Positions 18,132 to 28,852 of a stretch of 45,930 nucleotides of DNA are shown here, piece after piece. The notes below the pieces were generated by a model, which had not been told where the DNA came from, did not search any database, and saw nothing but the letters and a program-made list of their open reading frames with translations. The position numbers and the translations under genes were made by a program. Numbering within the stretch: position 1 is the first letter of the stretch; every line of letters begins with the position of its first letter. Source of the stretch: Bacillota bacterium (GTDB lineage Bacteria > Bacillota > Bacilli > Alicyclobacillales > SLC66); contig JAJZCB010000022.1 of the NCBI GenBank assembly GCA_021846285.1, forward strand, positions 1 through 45,930, written 5' to 3'.

Positions 18132-19433
18132 CTAGCCTTCGAGCAGCAGCGACTCGGGATCCTCGGCAAGTTCCTTGACCCTGACCAGGAATCGCACCGC
18201 CTCGCTGCCATCGACGATCCGGTGGTCGTACGACAGGGCAAGGTACATCATGGGATGGATCAGCACCTGTCCATTTACAGCGATGGGCCGCTCCTGGATC
18301 TTGTGCATGCCAAGGATGCCGACCTGCGGAGCATTGAGGATGGGTGTGGACAGAAGCGAGCCAAATACGCCGCCGTTGGTGATCGTGAACGTACCTCCCT
18401 GCAGTTCGGCAAGCGTCAGCGAATCGTCGCGGGCGCGCTGGGCCAAACGGGCAATTTCCCCTTCAATGGCGGCGAAAGAGAGGCGATCTGCTTCCCGCAG
18501 GACGGGAACGACGAGCCCTTTGTCTGTCGAAACCGCGATCCCGATGTCGTAGTGTTGTTTGAGAATCATGTCTTCGCCGCGGATTTCGGCGTTCAGGGCG
18601 GGAAACGACCGCAATGCGCTGACGACTGCCTTGGTGAAAAATGACATGAATCCAAGTCCAATGCCATGCTCCTCGCGAAAACGGTCGCGTCTCCGCTTGC
18701 GTATATCGAGTATGGCCGTCATGTCCACTTCGTTAAATGTGGTGAGCATCGCCGCTGTGTGCTGCGCCTCGACCAGTCGTCGAGCGATCGTCAGGCGTCG
18801 CCGCGACAGGCGCACAGATTTTTCGTCAATCCGACCCTGCTCCATGGCGGCGCTGTTCTTGTGTCCGTCAGCGGGCGTGGCTGGACTCTGCTGTGGTTCG
18901 GACGGCGCGGAAGCGGCAGCGGGTGCGCCCGTACTCTTCTCCGGCGCGGAAGCGGCGGCTGAGGCGGTTGGCACGTCCGGTTGACGATCAGGGTCTCGTT
19001 CCGCGCTGCGAGCCATTCGGCGCATGGAGGGCGTGGGTCTGAGCGGGCGATCCTCCGTCGTGTGGGGCGCATCTGATTTCGCCGCTGCGGGCGGGTGCGA
19101 CTCTGACGGGGTCTGGACAGGCTCTATACGCGAACCGGTTCTTGCCCCTGCGTCGGGCGCCGGTTTGTGATCGTCCGTCGCGGTCCGCACCTGGCCATCT
19201 GCGGTTTCGATGTTCGCCAGGACTTCGCCGACAGCCACTGTATCGCCCGCCTGCTGATGCACACCTTGCAAGACCCCGGTCACTTCCGCGATAATCTCCA
19301 GGTTAACCTTGTCCGTCTCCAATTCGAGGAGAATCTCTCCCTCTTGAACTTCGTCGCCCTGCTGTTTTAACCAGCGGAGAATGGTTCCTTCGCGAATTGA
19401 TTCTCCCAGTTCCGGAACGATGACCTCAACCAT
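18132..19433 (-). CDS. odhB: 2-oxoglutarate dehydrogenase E2 (dihydrolipoyllysine succinyltransferase)
   Basis: Lipoyl domain [18 protein letters not shown]...ETDKVNLEI, a Pro/Ala linker, and a catalytic domain ending [23 protein letters not shown] before ATG 19433. Confidence 0.9.
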   Translation of the reverse strand: MVEVIVPELGESIREGTILRWLKQQGDEVQEGEILLELETDKVNLEIIAEVTGVLQGVHQQAGDTVAVGEVLANIETADGQVRTATDDHKPAPDAGARTGSRIEPVQTPSESHPPAAAKSDAPHTTEDRPLRPTPSMRRMARSAERDPDRQPDVPTASAAASAPEKSTGAPAAASAPSEPQQSPATPADGHKNSAAMEQGRIDEKSVRLSRRRLTIARRLVEAQHTAAMLTTFNEVDMTAILDIRKRRRDRFREEHGIGLGFMSFFTKAVVSALRSFPALNAEIRGEDMILKQHYDIGIAVSTDKGLVVPVLREADRLSFAAIEGEIARLAQRARDDSLTLAELQGGTFTITNGGVFGSLLSTPILNAPQVGILGMHKIQERPIAVNGQVLIHPMMYLALSYDHRIVDGSEAVRFLVRVKELAEDPESLLLEG

Positions 19434-19434
19434 T

Positions 19435-22284
19435 TTACTTACCTCCTTTTGCTGGTCCGTGCAGCGCCTCATAGATGATCCGGTTCTGTTCCCGCTGATG
19501 AACTTCCGGCAAGCCGCCCGCTGTGCTTGAGCGCGCCGGTCTTCCCACGTACTGGAGTCGGCCGACGCCAGGCAGATCGGCCGTCTCATTTCGCGCGTAC
19601 CACCCTGCCCCCATGTTTTCAGGTTCCTCCTGGGCCCATACAAAGTCGGTTGCATTGGGGTAGGATTTTAGAATTGACAGTAGTTCCGCCTTGGGGAAAG
19701 GATACAGACGTTCGAGACGGATCACGGCAATGCTGTCTGCTGAAACCGACTCTTCCTGCAAAGCCCTGATCAATTCGACGCCCAGTTTTCCGGAACAGAG
19801 GATGACGCGTTTAACCCTTTCTCTGCTGTCTGGCGCCAGCGTGTTGTCCATGACGGGTTGAAAGTGACCATCAGTCAAATCTTGCATGGAGGACGCGGCG
19901 TCTGGACTGCGCAACAGACTCTTTGGCGTCATGATGATGAGCGGGCACGGTTGATTGAACAGCCGATTGGTCTGCTCACGGAGGAGATGGTAGTACTGAG
20001 CCGCAGATGTGGGGTTTGCCACGATCCAGTTGTGTTCTGCCGACAGTTGTAAAAATCGTTCCACCCGTCCGCTGGAATGATCCGGCCCCTGTCCCTCATA
20101 GCCGTGAGGGAGCAGCAGCGTAAGTCCGCACGCCTGTCGCCACTTGCTGTATCCGGCCGCGATAAATTGGTCGATGATCACCTGACCGGCGTTGGCAAAG
20201 TCGCCGAATTGCGCTTCCCACAGGACAAGCGATCCGGGGGATTGCACACTGTACCCATATTCAAATCCCAGAACGCTGGTTTCGGACAACGGACTGTTAT
20301 AGACGGCAAAGGACGCTCTCGCCGCAGGCAAGTGCTGCAGTGGACAGTGGGTTGCCGCGATGCGGCTGTCATGCCATACAAGATGCCGTTGGCTGAATGT
20401 GCCGCGTTGCGTATCCTGTCCAGTCAGACGAATGGGGATGCCTGCGGCCAGAATGGTGGCAAAGGCGAGCGTTTCCGCCAGCGCAAAGTCCACTTTGCCG
20501 CCGACCGCAAAGGCGTCGCGCCGGCGCTGTTCGATCCGCTCCAGTTTCGGATAGGCGGAAAATCCGTCGGGGATCTCTAACATGGTTTCGTTCAGTTCCT
20601 GCAGATATTTGGCGGAGGCCGGTGCAAGAGGTGGACGATCGTCCGCCTGCGGTCCGCCGTCATCCTGCTGTGGCGCGGGAACGTCTGCCGTCATGGCGTC
20701 ATACGCCTCGTGAAGGATCTCATCACAGGCCTTCGCCATCGCCAGCGCATCCGCCGACGCAAGCACGCCAGCGTCCTCCAGTCGCTTCTGATATAGACTG
20801 TGAATGCGTGGGTGGCCCGCGATCTGGCTATACAGCAAGGGCTGAGTGAAGGACGGATCGTCAGTTTCATTGTGTCCGAACCGTCTGTACCCGACAAGGT
20901 CAATCAGGAATGACTTGTGAAATTGGCGACGGTATGCGTGCGCCAACTGAATCGTGCGCAGGCACGCCTCAGGATCATCCGCGTTAACGTGGGCGATGGG
21001 CATTTCAAACCCTTTGGCCAAATCGCTCGCGTAATGCGTGGAGCGGCCTTCCGTTGTGTCTGCCGTGAATCCGAGTTGATTGTTGACGATCAGGTGAATC
21101 GTGCCTCCAGTGCGATAGCCCGGCAATTCGGACAGATTCAGGGTTTCCGCGACAACGCCTTCGCCTGGGAACGCCGCGTCGCCGTGGATGAGAATCGCAA
21201 GGGCGGTGTTGGGATCCTGCACGGGAACGCCTGGCAGATCGCGCCGTTCCTGGTGCGCACGCGTAAATCCTTCCACGACAGGATTGACGAATTCGAGATG
21301 ACTGGGGTTGTGAGACAGAATGACGCGTACTGCAATGCCGTCCTGATCGCCCTCCAGTCTGCTGGCGCCGAGGTGGTATTTGACATCGCCAGTCCAGCCG
21401 TGGTTGATTCCCATCGAACCCTCGGAAGGCGTCAATTCCTTGTTTGGCGCCGTGTGAAATTCTGAAAAAATCGCGGCGTATGGTTTCCCGAGGACATGGG
21501 CCAGCACATTCAGTCGCCCGCGGTGCGCCATGCCGATCAGAATATGCTCGGCGCCAGCCCGCGCCGCTCTGTGAATCAGTTCGTCCAGCATGGGAACCAG
21601 GGCGTCCACGCCTTCAATGGAGAAACGTTTTTGGCCCACGAATGTCCGATTTAAAAACTGTTCAAATGCGTCGACCTGAATCAAGCGGTTCAGTAAAGAC
21701 CGGCGCTCCTCAAAACCTGGCGAAGTAAATGTGCTCGCTTCCACCTGCATGTGGAGCCATGCGCGTTCTGTCGTATTGTGCACATGACCAAACTCGTAAC
21801 CGACAGAACCTGTATACATCTGTTTGAGGTGGCTGACCGCGTCGTCCGCAGTCATGGACTCGGGCGCATCCGGCCAGATCGCGCGAGCGGGCAGATTCTT
21901 CAGCTTGTTCCGGTGCAATGCATGCGCGTCTGGGTCGAGTTCCTGCACGTATGGCGGTTCGCCGCCCAGTGGATCCACGTGGGCGGCGAGATGACCATAT
22001 GTACGAATGCTGCGTATCCATTGTTGCGCGCCGTACACCGTCTCGCTCTCTGTTGAACTGACTCCGGGCTGTTTCCCGGAAGTGGACGCATCACGATTCT
22101 GCCCTGATTCATTCAATGAAAGAGCGCCGGGCGGTGGACCCACCCGTGCAAACCAGGCTCGCGTCGGCCCATCGACCGTCTCAGGATTCAGTTGATAGCG
22201 CTCGTATAACTCAAGAGCATACGCTAGATTCGGTCCGGAGAAGGTGCGCCACTCTTCGGTTGGGCCTTCGATTATTTCATCCAT
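19435..22284 (-). CDS. odhA: 2-oxoglutarate dehydrogenase E1 component
   Basis: 949 aa with typical SucA/OdhA length and motifs. GGAGGTG ribosome-binding site. Confidence 0.95.
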   Translation of the reverse strand: MDEIIEGPTEEWRTFSGPNLAYALELYERYQLNPETVDGPTRAWFARVGPPPGALSLNESGQNRDASTSGKQPGVSSTESETVYGAQQWIRSIRTYGHLAAHVDPLGGEPPYVQELDPDAHALHRNKLKNLPARAIWPDAPESMTADDAVSHLKQMYTGSVGYEFGHVHNTTERAWLHMQVEASTFTSPGFEERRSLLNRLIQVDAFEQFLNRTFVGQKRFSIEGVDALVPMLDELIHRAARAGAEHILIGMAHRGRLNVLAHVLGKPYAAIFSEFHTAPNKELTPSEGSMGINHGWTGDVKYHLGASRLEGDQDGIAVRVILSHNPSHLEFVNPVVEGFTRAHQERRDLPGVPVQDPNTALAILIHGDAAFPGEGVVAETLNLSELPGYRTGGTIHLIVNNQLGFTADTTEGRSTHYASDLAKGFEMPIAHVNADDPEACLRTIQLAHAYRRQFHKSFLIDLVGYRRFGHNETDDPSFTQPLLYSQIAGHPRIHSLYQKRLEDAGVLASADALAMAKACDEILHEAYDAMTADVPAPQQDDGGPQADDRPPLAPASAKYLQELNETMLEIPDGFSAYPKLERIEQRRRDAFAVGGKVDFALAETLAFATILAAGIPIRLTGQDTQRGTFSQRHLVWHDSRIAATHCPLQHLPAARASFAVYNSPLSETSVLGFEYGYSVQSPGSLVLWEAQFGDFANAGQVIIDQFIAAGYSKWRQACGLTLLLPHGYEGQGPDHSSGRVERFLQLSAEHNWIVANPTSAAQYYHLLREQTNRLFNQPCPLIIMTPKSLLRSPDAASSMQDLTDGHFQPVMDNTLAPDSRERVKRVILCSGKLGVELIRALQEESVSADSIAVIRLERLYPFPKAELLSILKSYPNATDFVWAQEEPENMGAGWYARNETADLPGVGRLQYVGRPARSSTAGGLPEVHQREQNRIIYEALHGPAKGGK

Positions 22285-22302
22285 TTTTGCAGCACCTCCG
22301 CT

Positions 22303-22375
22303 TACTACACGTTACTACCTGTTACTACCTGTTCCTGCACGTTGCTGCAAGTTGCTGCCCGTACTGCATGGCTAC
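22303..22375. repeat. Seven phased degenerate 10-bp repeats (gttactacct / gttgctgcaa type) in the odhA upstream region
   Basis: cttactacac gttactacct gttactacct gttcctgcac gttgctgcaa gttgctgccc gtactgcatg. Confidence 0.4.
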
Positions 22376-22478
22376 AGTCATTCTGGCCATTGCCGAAATT
22401 ATCGATTCATCTCCTTCCGACAATCACTGCGGGAAGGATCTTTCTGTTTCCAGCATGCAGCGAGACGGTCTGGCGCGC

Positions 22479-22545
22479 TGTGACACATCGGTTTCATGTC
22501 CGAAGTTCTCACCCTACAGCCTGATTTGTGCCGCAAACGACAGAG
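22479..22545 (+). repeat. Conserved intergenic element R3, copy 1 (3' core only), ~200 nt upstream of odhA
   Basis: ggtttcatgtccgaagttctcaccctacagcctgatttgtgccgc matches 24067-24112. The TGTGA half-site is present but the full palindrome is absent. Confidence 0.55.
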
Positions 22546-22634
22546 TCGTAACCCTTTGATTACTCGACAATGGGTACTTTGTACCCCTTGTTTGCATTGG
22601 TTTCATGGACCAGTGAGCGGTTACGAAATTTGAC

Positions 22635-23810
22635 TCACTTATAACCAAATACTGAACCGATTTTGGCCAAATACCGATATTGACTGACATCTTTCAGTAC
22701 ATAGGCCATGCGCCCTCTCGTTTTGTAAGAACGGCCCACTTTCCCCACCGCGTCCTTCCGGCCAAGTGAAGCGATGGAACCCAAAATTTCCGGGTGAAAC
22801 TCTTCTTTCAGACCACCGCGGCTATCATGGTACAGGTATTTGCCGCATGCGCCCCCCATCTGCCACGCCAACTGCGCGGTGGGCGGATACGGCCGTCCGC
22901 CTTCGTTCAGAACCAGAGCACAGTCCCCCAACATGTACACCCCGGGATGGCTTGTGGACTGCAGATACGCGTCCACCTTGGCGCGCCCGTGCGGGTCCGT
23001 TTCAAAACCGGCGTCGATGACAAGCTGATTGCCGCGGACGCCGCCGGTCCAGACAATTGTTTCAGCCGCAATCGCATCCCCCGTCTTTAAATGAACCACG
23101 CCTGGGTCCAGTCGCACAATCGGAACACCGGTCAAAAAACGCACGCCTCGATGCTTGAGACTGCTCTCCGCGGCGGCGACGAGATCGGGATCGAATCCGG
23201 GCAATATGCCGGGAGCAGCCTCCACGTTATAAATTTCTACCATCTCCAGCGGCACCCCCGTTTCAGAGGCCAGTTTGGGGAGCGCATCAGCGAACTCTCC
23301 GACGAGTTCGATTCCACTAAATCCAGCGCCCCCCACCACGAAGCGCAGCAGTTCAGGTCTGCGTTCCAGTGGATAGCGGGCAAAGCAGGATTCCAGATGC
23401 GTGCGCAACAGTCTGGCCTGGTTGAGCGATTTTAACGTAAACGCATGTTCCTTCAAGCCAGGAATGCCAAAGTACTCCGTCTCGCTGCCCAAAGCAACAA
23501 CCAGTTGGTCATAGGAGAGTTCCACACCGTCCTCAAGGAGCACGCGCTTATTGTCCGGTTCGATCCGGGCGACGGTGCCCTTGTGAACGGTGACATCCTT
23601 GTCTCGCAGCACCCTGCCGAGCGATATTTGCAATGACCGATCACTCCGGGCGCCCACGGCCGATTCATGCAATAGCGTAATCAGTTGATGGTAGTCATGC
23701 TTGTTTACAAGTGTGATCGTCGCTTCTGAGTTTGAAAGGTATTTTCTTGTCTGTAGCGCGCATACCAACCCTGCATAGCCTGCACCCAGAATAAGAATTT
23801 GCTTAGTCAT
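22635..23810 (-). CDS. ndh: Type-II NADH dehydrogenase (NDH-2)
   Basis: ILILGAGYAGL and a second GGAGFSGIE dinucleotide motif. Confidence 0.85.
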   Translation of the reverse strand: MTKQILILGAGYAGLVCALQTRKYLSNSEATITLVNKHDYHQLITLLHESAVGARSDRSLQISLGRVLRDKDVTVHKGTVARIEPDNKRVLLEDGVELSYDQLVVALGSETEYFGIPGLKEHAFTLKSLNQARLLRTHLESCFARYPLERRPELLRFVVGGAGFSGIELVGEFADALPKLASETGVPLEMVEIYNVEAAPGILPGFDPDLVAAAESSLKHRGVRFLTGVPIVRLDPGVVHLKTGDAIAAETIVWTGGVRGNQLVIDAGFETDPHGRAKVDAYLQSTSHPGVYMLGDCALVLNEGGRPYPPTAQLAWQMGGACGKYLYHDSRGGLKEEFHPEILGSIASLGRKDAVGKVGRSYKTRGRMAYVLKDVSQYRYLAKIGSVFGYK

Positions 23811-24045
23811 GTCCATTCCCGCTCCCATTAAGATTGTCCAATATTTCACAAACTCAGCCGAAAATGAAGTCTATTACACTTGGTCATAACAACCTTACGC
23901 CCTGTGCCAACCTGTCGTGAATTCCCCGTTCCAAATCTACACGTACCTTATTCAGTCTGTTTGTCTGGGTTGTCACAAATACTGCGGCATGACGCCGCCG
24001 CGAGGCGGAATCATCATGGTCAGCATACCCCCGTCAGATCCATCA

Positions 24046-24114
24046 GATTGTGACGAGGTGCACACAACGATTTCATTTCAGAAGTTTTCTCCCTACAGCG
24101 TGATTTGTGCCGCC
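24046..24114 (+). promoter_or_regulatory. R3 element, copy 2 (full), with CRP/FNR-type site TGTGACGAGGTGCACA, ~200-240 nt upstream of ndh
   Basis: gattgtgacgaggtgcacacaacgatttcatttcagaagttttctccctacagcgtgatttgtgccgcc. TGTGA-N6-GCACA differs by one base from the TGTGA-N6-TCACA consensus. Confidence 0.5.
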
Positions 24115-24115
24115 G

Positions 24116-24466
24116 TCAACTGCTCCCGATGAGAACGCCGGCTGCGAAGACGAGGATTCCGCCCAAGACGACCTGGACAATGGACATCCATATCACGGTG
24201 TGGAAGTAGCGGTTTCGAATGATGGCGATCACGATCAACTCGACCCCCACAACCACGTAGGCGACGTTTAGGGCGATGTACAAGTTGGGAATCAAGAAAG
24301 GCAGCGTGTGGCCGATCCCGCCAATCAGGGTCATGAGCCCCGTGATCATGCCGCGAAAGATCGGGCATAGGAAAGTTTCTCCCCGTATACTTGTTCTCAT
24401 CGGCGCGTCGACTCGGTCGAGTTTGCCGTTTGAGTTTTCGCTGTGCATCTTCAAGTGACGCGGCAC
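24116..24466 (-). pseudogene. VIT1/CCC1-family membrane protein, C-terminal half only (probably 5'-truncated)
   Basis: GGIGHTLPFLIP...RNRYFHTVIWMSIVQVVLGGILVFAAGVLIGSS resembles the VIT-family C-terminus. Full-length members are about 230 aa. Confidence 0.35.
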
Positions 24467-24549
24467 AACTGGAACATGTCGACAATTGAATTTCGGTTGC
24501 TGTTGTTTTCACGCGAATCCTCTCCTTTCCAGAGACTATCTTCGCAGGT

Positions 24550-25086
24550 TTGCAACCGGAAAAATATGATCCAGATCATAAATTATCCGATGAAGGAAAG
24601 GAGCATATCTTGCGGTTTCTCTTTGCAGGTGACTTCGGCGGACAATTGGCGTTGTTTAAAGAAGATATTCAGTACACCAATGCGGAGGCTGTTGAGGATG
24701 CGGTCGTGTGTCGTATCTATAGAAACGATTTAAAAACCATTTTAAAACACAATCCTGAAATGGCTTACCGTTTTCTGCAGGCCATGAGCGATCGGCTGCG
24801 TGACGCAGACGAATGGACAGGATCATTGAACCTACTTGATGCAGATCGCAGGATTGCCAAAGTGTTGCTTAACTTTGGCACACGAGGAGACCCAACGCCG
24901 GGGTCTCATAAACTTCCCGTTGCCAAGAAAGACCTCGCGGCCTTGCTTGGGATCGCGCCGGAAACGCTGAGCCGCGAGCTCGCTTATTTTGATGAGCAAG
25001 GATGGATCTCCCTTTCCGGCAAAAAGGGTGTGGAAATTAAAAATGTGAACGCACTTCAGAAGATTGCAAACGGAATGCCAAATTGA
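24550..25086 (+). CDS. Crp/Fnr-family transcriptional regulator, N-terminally truncated (no canonical start; possible pseudogene)
   Basis: Has the C-terminal half of the cNMP-binding domain (GKEHILRFLFAGDFGG) and an HTH (RRIAKVLLNFG...LLGIAPETLSRELAYF). The frame opens 63 nt upstream at a stop, with no ATG or ribosome-binding site. Confidence 0.5.
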   Translation: MQPEKYDPDHKLSDEGKEHILRFLFAGDFGGQLALFKEDIQYTNAEAVEDAVVCRIYRNDLKTILKHNPEMAYRFLQAMSDRLRDADEWTGSLNLLDADRRIAKVLLNFGTRGDPTPGSHKLPVAKKDLAALLGIAPETLSRELAYFDEQGWISLSGKKGVEIKNVNALQKIANGMPN

Positions 25087-25111
25087 AAACATAATTCTAA
25101 TGGATGCTGGA

Positions 25112-25140
25112 TTTTGGCGCACCGTTTGCGCCTTATTTAT
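25112..25140 (+). terminator. Rho-independent terminator after the Crp/Fnr gene
   Basis: ggcgca-ccgtt-tgcgcc hairpin followed by ttatttat. Confidence 0.45.
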
Positions 25141-25332
25141 CCTTCTGGTGACCACAAGTCTCCTGTACGGCCTTCTTGTTGCATACGCTCCCCTTCCAGC
25201 GCTTTGCCTGCACTACAGTGTGCGCTCCGTCCTTCCACGGAGTATCTTACTATTTGCAGAATAGATTACATATTTTGTGATACGATAAAGGAAGGCTTAC
25301 GATACACATCGGAGGCCTTCCTATCGGCGGAA

Positions 25333-25512
25333 TCAATCATCCCCATCATCCAAGGAACCAAACTCCAGCTCTTCCCACTCTTCGATCTCACTGGAGTCCC
25401 ACTGGATGACCAAGGTACGCACTAAGCAGGCCGGGTTCGTGAGAATATCCACGACAACGCCCGGTTTACCCACCTGCGGATGAGCGACACGATCGCCGAT
25501 ACGAGCATGCAT
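25333..25512 (-). CDS. Small acidic hypothetical protein (59 aa)
   Basis: AGGAGA 5 nt before ATG 25512. Preceded by a two-hairpin leader. Confidence 0.35.
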   Translation of the reverse strand: MHARIGDRVAHPQVGKPGVVVDILTNPACLVRTLVIQWDSSEIEEWEELEFGSLDDGDD

Positions 25513-25962
25513 GACGTTTCTCCTGTCTGCTTGATTTAGAAACAACAACCTCGGGTTTTGGCGCATAATTGCGATTACAAACCCCGAGGATTTCGGCCTC
25601 ACTCGACTGCGCTTGATCCGCTTACTGTCCGTTGTCCGGACAGACCCCGAGAGGCTTACCTTGTTCCGCCAGTGACCCATCTCTGAAGTGTTTAGGTGGC
25701 CCGAGTGTTCCTTGTATCCAACAAACGGACTCCTTCACCGACCCTTTAGCAACTCACAGCGACCGTTTACCTAGAACTACCTATTATCTAAATTTTATCA
25801 TATCCCAACCTCCCCTATTGTGATCTATATCACTCACACAGCCGCCTCCTTGCGTTAATCTCGACTGTGATATAGCGCATAGCGAAAGGTTGGGATCTGG
25901 AGTATAGTAAATGGACGAACTCAAAGGTCCTGAGCACAATATAAAGAAAGGAGTTTTTCGAC

Positions 25963-26199
25963 ATGACATTTGTCATCACGTCACCGTGCATTGGTGTGAA
26001 GGATGCGTCATGCGTCGAGGCTTGCCCGGTAGACGCGATCCACGATGCAGACGAGACCTACCTCATCGATCCGGATACTTGCATTGACTGTGGAGCCTGT
26101 GAACCAGTTTGCCCCGTAACCGCCATCTTCCAAGACGAATTTGTTCCGGAATCAGAGCAAGACTGGATCGAGAAAAATGTTGCCTTTTATCGCAAATGA
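25963..26199 (+). CDS. 7Fe ferredoxin ([3Fe-4S][4Fe-4S])
   Basis: CIGVKDASCVEACPVD and CIDCGACEPVCPV cluster motifs. AAAGGAG ribosome-binding site. Confidence 0.85.
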   Translation: MTFVITSPCIGVKDASCVEACPVDAIHDADETYLIDPDTCIDCGACEPVCPVTAIFQDEFVPESEQDWIEKNVAFYRK

Positions 26200-26302
26200 T
26201 CGGATTCCATGATCTCGCTTGCTAAAACCGTATCTGCCGATCGCACACTGCGTAACATCCACTTTTCAGCAGAGCGCTAAAATATGCGGGCCAGACAAAG
26301 GG

Positions 26303-26343
26303 ACAGAATGGGTTCCCCGGCGAGACGCGACCCATTCTGTCAA
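26303..26343. terminator. Probable bidirectional terminator hairpin between the ferredoxin and OsmC genes
   Basis: Perfect 12-bp stem gacagaatgggt / acccattctgtc with a 16-nt loop. Confidence 0.4.
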
Positions 26344-26354
26344 AGAGCGATCTA

Positions 26355-26804
26355 TTACCTCTCTGATGGAAACACTTGTACATCTCCCACCTCGTAAGAC
26401 ACGTTTCCCGCGATCACCTTCCCGATAAAACACCTATCTCGAGCCATTTCCGCAGTGCGTTGGTAGTCTGCCACCTGATCAGGATTGCCACCAAAAATCG
26501 TAGGATAAACGGATAAACGGGAAAACTTCGATTGCATTGGATACCCTGTCACGAGACCCTCTGCCCGTACAGATACTTCTTCCACAAGCAACCCATTCTT
26601 TCGCAACACACCGAACAACGTTCCGCTATAACAGGTACTCACAGCTGCGATCAGCAGTTCCTCCGGGCTCGTTCCCACCCCCTTGCCACCCATAGAGGCA
26701 GGTGCCGCGTATGAGGCGGAGGAATCACCGAGTCTGATCTTCCCCTCCCCCTCGCGTCCCGTACCCTGCCACTGCAACTCCGTGGAAAAAATTAAATCTG
26801 CCAT
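26355..26804 (-). CDS. OsmC/Ohr-family peroxiredoxin-like protein
   Basis: OsmC fold motifs. GAGGAGA before ATG 26804. Confidence 0.8.
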   Translation of the reverse strand: MADLIFSTELQWQGTGREGEGKIRLGDSSASYAAPASMGGKGVGTSPEELLIAAVSTCYSGTLFGVLRKNGLLVEEVSVRAEGLVTGYPMQSKFSRLSVYPTIFGGNPDQVADYQRTAEMARDRCFIGKVIAGNVSYEVGDVQVFPSER

Positions 26805-27092
26805 AAGATTCTCTCCTCGCTTGTCGTCACCTATGGTGGCTACTTGTCTGTCTTTCTCTTGCGATACAACGGTCCACATGTTCCGGCAAGTAAGATTTCT
26901 AGTACAAATGCGTCATACGCGTCTCTCAAGCCACTGTAAGACAATGGCGAGGAAACCGATGGCCGCGCAGATTCCTCCCGTAGCCAGGACCATCCCCACG
27001 CGACTTCACTCCCCGCGAATTAACTGGAAGAGGATGTGTAGCCTATGCCTCGCTGGTTTCCCAGGTGAATTGGGCACGCCAAAGAAACAGTG

Positions 27093-27215
27093 GCACTTGC
27101 GGGTATTGTGAGTTTAACCGCGCATGCGCTGACAGACGACTACATGGAGAGCGATTCGTCTTGCACGTATATTCCCGATCCCCGTCATTTGGCTGGCGTC
27201 GATTTAGTCAGCCAG
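27093..27215 (+). pseudogene. Orphan duplicate of the 3' end of the radical-SAM gene (homologous to 30003-30150)
   Basis: gcgggtattgtgagtttaaccgc...atgcgctgacagacgactacatggagagcgat...tatattcccgatccccg is ~88% identical, with a 24-nt deletion. Confidence 0.6.
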
Positions 27216-27225
27216 GTGGAACGAT

Positions 27226-27667
27226 CTAGCAGGTGACCGCACCTGTCGATGAGGAGGACACCAATCGAGCGTATTTATGCAGGACTCCCCTTTCGCAATT
27301 CAATGAGGGCTCACTCCAAGCAAGTGCGTGCTTGGCCAAATCCTCATTGGATACATGCACGGTCAGTTCCTGCGTTTCACTGTCAATCGTGATCCTGTCT
27401 CCATCCTGCAATAAGGCAATGGGTCCGCCAACTTGGGCTTCTGGACAGACATGGCCAACAACAAGGCCATGAGAGCCTCCCGAGAATCGACCGTCGGGTA
27501 CAAGACCAACCTTGCCGCCGAGATCTTTTCCGACCGTTGTGAATACACCGTTTCATCGTTCATGCCGGGATCGTACGCTGTGCCAAGGTGGGTTCGGCGC
27601 AGCCGTCGAATCTGAGCAGCGGTACAGCACACGATCCCGGCAGAACAGGCGCAGCGTGGAACCTCTG
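27226..27667 (-). pseudogene. Dihydroxy-acid dehydratase (ilvD-like) 3' remnant with frameshift
   Basis: C-terminus ...GKDLGGKVGLVPDGRFSGGSHGLVVGHVCPEAQVGGPIALLQDGDRITID...GVLHKYARLVSSSSTGAVT matches the IlvD/Edd C-terminus. In-frame TGA at 27553-27555. An upstream segment (AAQIRR..GTAYDPGM) continues in another frame. Confidence 0.6.
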
Positions 27668-28399
27668 TCAGTTTGCGCTGATGTGCGCTTTGTGTTCCCC
27701 TGTCAAGCGCGCGAATAATACGTTATTCTCCAAATGGATGTGCTGAAAAATGTCCGACTCGACTTCCTGAAGTTTTTCAAAGGTGTATATATACGTGCTG
27801 CAAGCGTCTTGCGGAAGTTTGAAGTTGTCAGTAACCCTACGAATCTGTTTCACGATGTCACCGGCGCCGTCATGTTCGCGATCCAGTTCTTCGACAGCGT
27901 GAATTACATTTTGCAGCTTGTCGTCAGAAGGATTCTTTTCGTAATCAACGACTTGCGGGAATACAATCTCTTCTTCTTTGATCATGTGTTCCTCCATATC
28001 GATCCGCAGCGTACTGAACAGTCGGTGCACCTTTGACAGGACTTCACCATGATTTTGACCGTGTACTCTGAGGATTTTCGTCGTGAGTTCCGTTAATGGC
28101 GGAAAAACCTGGCGCAGATAAGCGTGATGAATATTTACGATGTGGTTAATAAGCTGGTTTAGGGGCACTGATGTCCAGTCGACAATCTCCAACCCGAGCT
28201 TCTGGAACTCATCATAACTTCGGTTCAATTCATCCAAAATATAGGCAACGTCAATATTGTGTTCTGTTGCCGCCTCGGCTAACAGTTGATCGCCGCCACA
28301 GCAAAAGTCGATTCCGTTCAATTTAAAAATGTTCCCCGCATTCGGAAACTTCACGACGATGTCGCCGAGTGCCTCGGTTCCTTTAAAGGTTGTGCTCAT
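27668..28399 (-). CDS. scdA: Iron-sulfur cluster repair di-iron protein (RIC/ScdA/YtfE)
   Basis: N-terminal ScdA_N domain with DFCCGG, and C-terminal hemerythrin-like HxxxE repeats. GGAGGATA ribosome-binding site. AT-richer than its flanks. Confidence 0.8.
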   Translation of the reverse strand: MSTTFKGTEALGDIVVKFPNAGNIFKLNGIDFCCGGDQLLAEAATEHNIDVAYILDELNRSYDEFQKLGLEIVDWTSVPLNQLINHIVNIHHAYLRQVFPPLTELTTKILRVHGQNHGEVLSKVHRLFSTLRIDMEEHMIKEEEIVFPQVVDYEKNPSDDKLQNVIHAVEELDREHDGAGDIVKQIRRVTDNFKLPQDACSTYIYTFEKLQEVESDIFQHIHLENNVLFARLTGEHKAHISAN

Positions 28400-28639
28400 G
28401 AGCGGATATCCTCCGTCTTCAATATGATGTGCATTTTTACCATATCACGTTGCTCAGCCGTCAGATGTGACACAGATCACGCCCATTCATGCAACACTCT
28501 CTGCTTTGCACCCCCTTCAGGTGAATTTAGTGCGCACCGCACCATAGGGCAACCAGGACATCCAGAGCACTCTCTTGTCATGGCGGTGCATCCAAACAAA
28601 ACGACGCAACATGTTGCAACACATGGCTCCGCCTTACCA

Positions 28640-28852
28640 TTTCCGGGATGATGAAATCATGCACCCGCACTTCCTCCGGTTGTCCTTGCGGGTACCACTC
28701 ACGTCCGCATTCTTGCAGTCGCCGACCAATTCCTTCTTCTTGATGTCGACGCCCATCGCACTCAAGACAATGGACACACCTCTGCGGCCAATGGCAATCG
28801 CCTCGGATGCCGCGAATAATCTGCGCATCCGTTCATCCAGGAAGGGCCGCAT
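28640..28852 (-). mobile_element. N-terminal fragment of an ISAzo13-like transposase (IS remnant)
   Basis: LDERMRRLFAASEAIAIGRRGVSIVLSAMGVDIKKKEL matches the ERxRRLxAAxEAxAxGxGG..V..ATG HTH start of that family. Terminates after ~70 aa. Confidence 0.4.

Noticed and set aside
18175-21728. Many plus-strand ORFs (for example 18175..18552, 18559..18984, 20077..20580, 20917..21465)
   Set aside because: They are antisense shadows inside the well-supported odhA and odhB genes. Typical high-GC spurious ORFs.
22303-22375. CRISPR array
   Set aside because: The repeats are only 10 bp, degenerate and contiguous with no spacers. No cas genes are present.
24049-24064. Calling the TGTGA-N6-GCACA palindrome a Rex box
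   Set aside because: The spacing fits the CRP/FNR architecture (TGTGA-N6-TCACA). Rex boxes (TTGTGAA-N4-TTCACAA) would need 2 bp less between half-sites.
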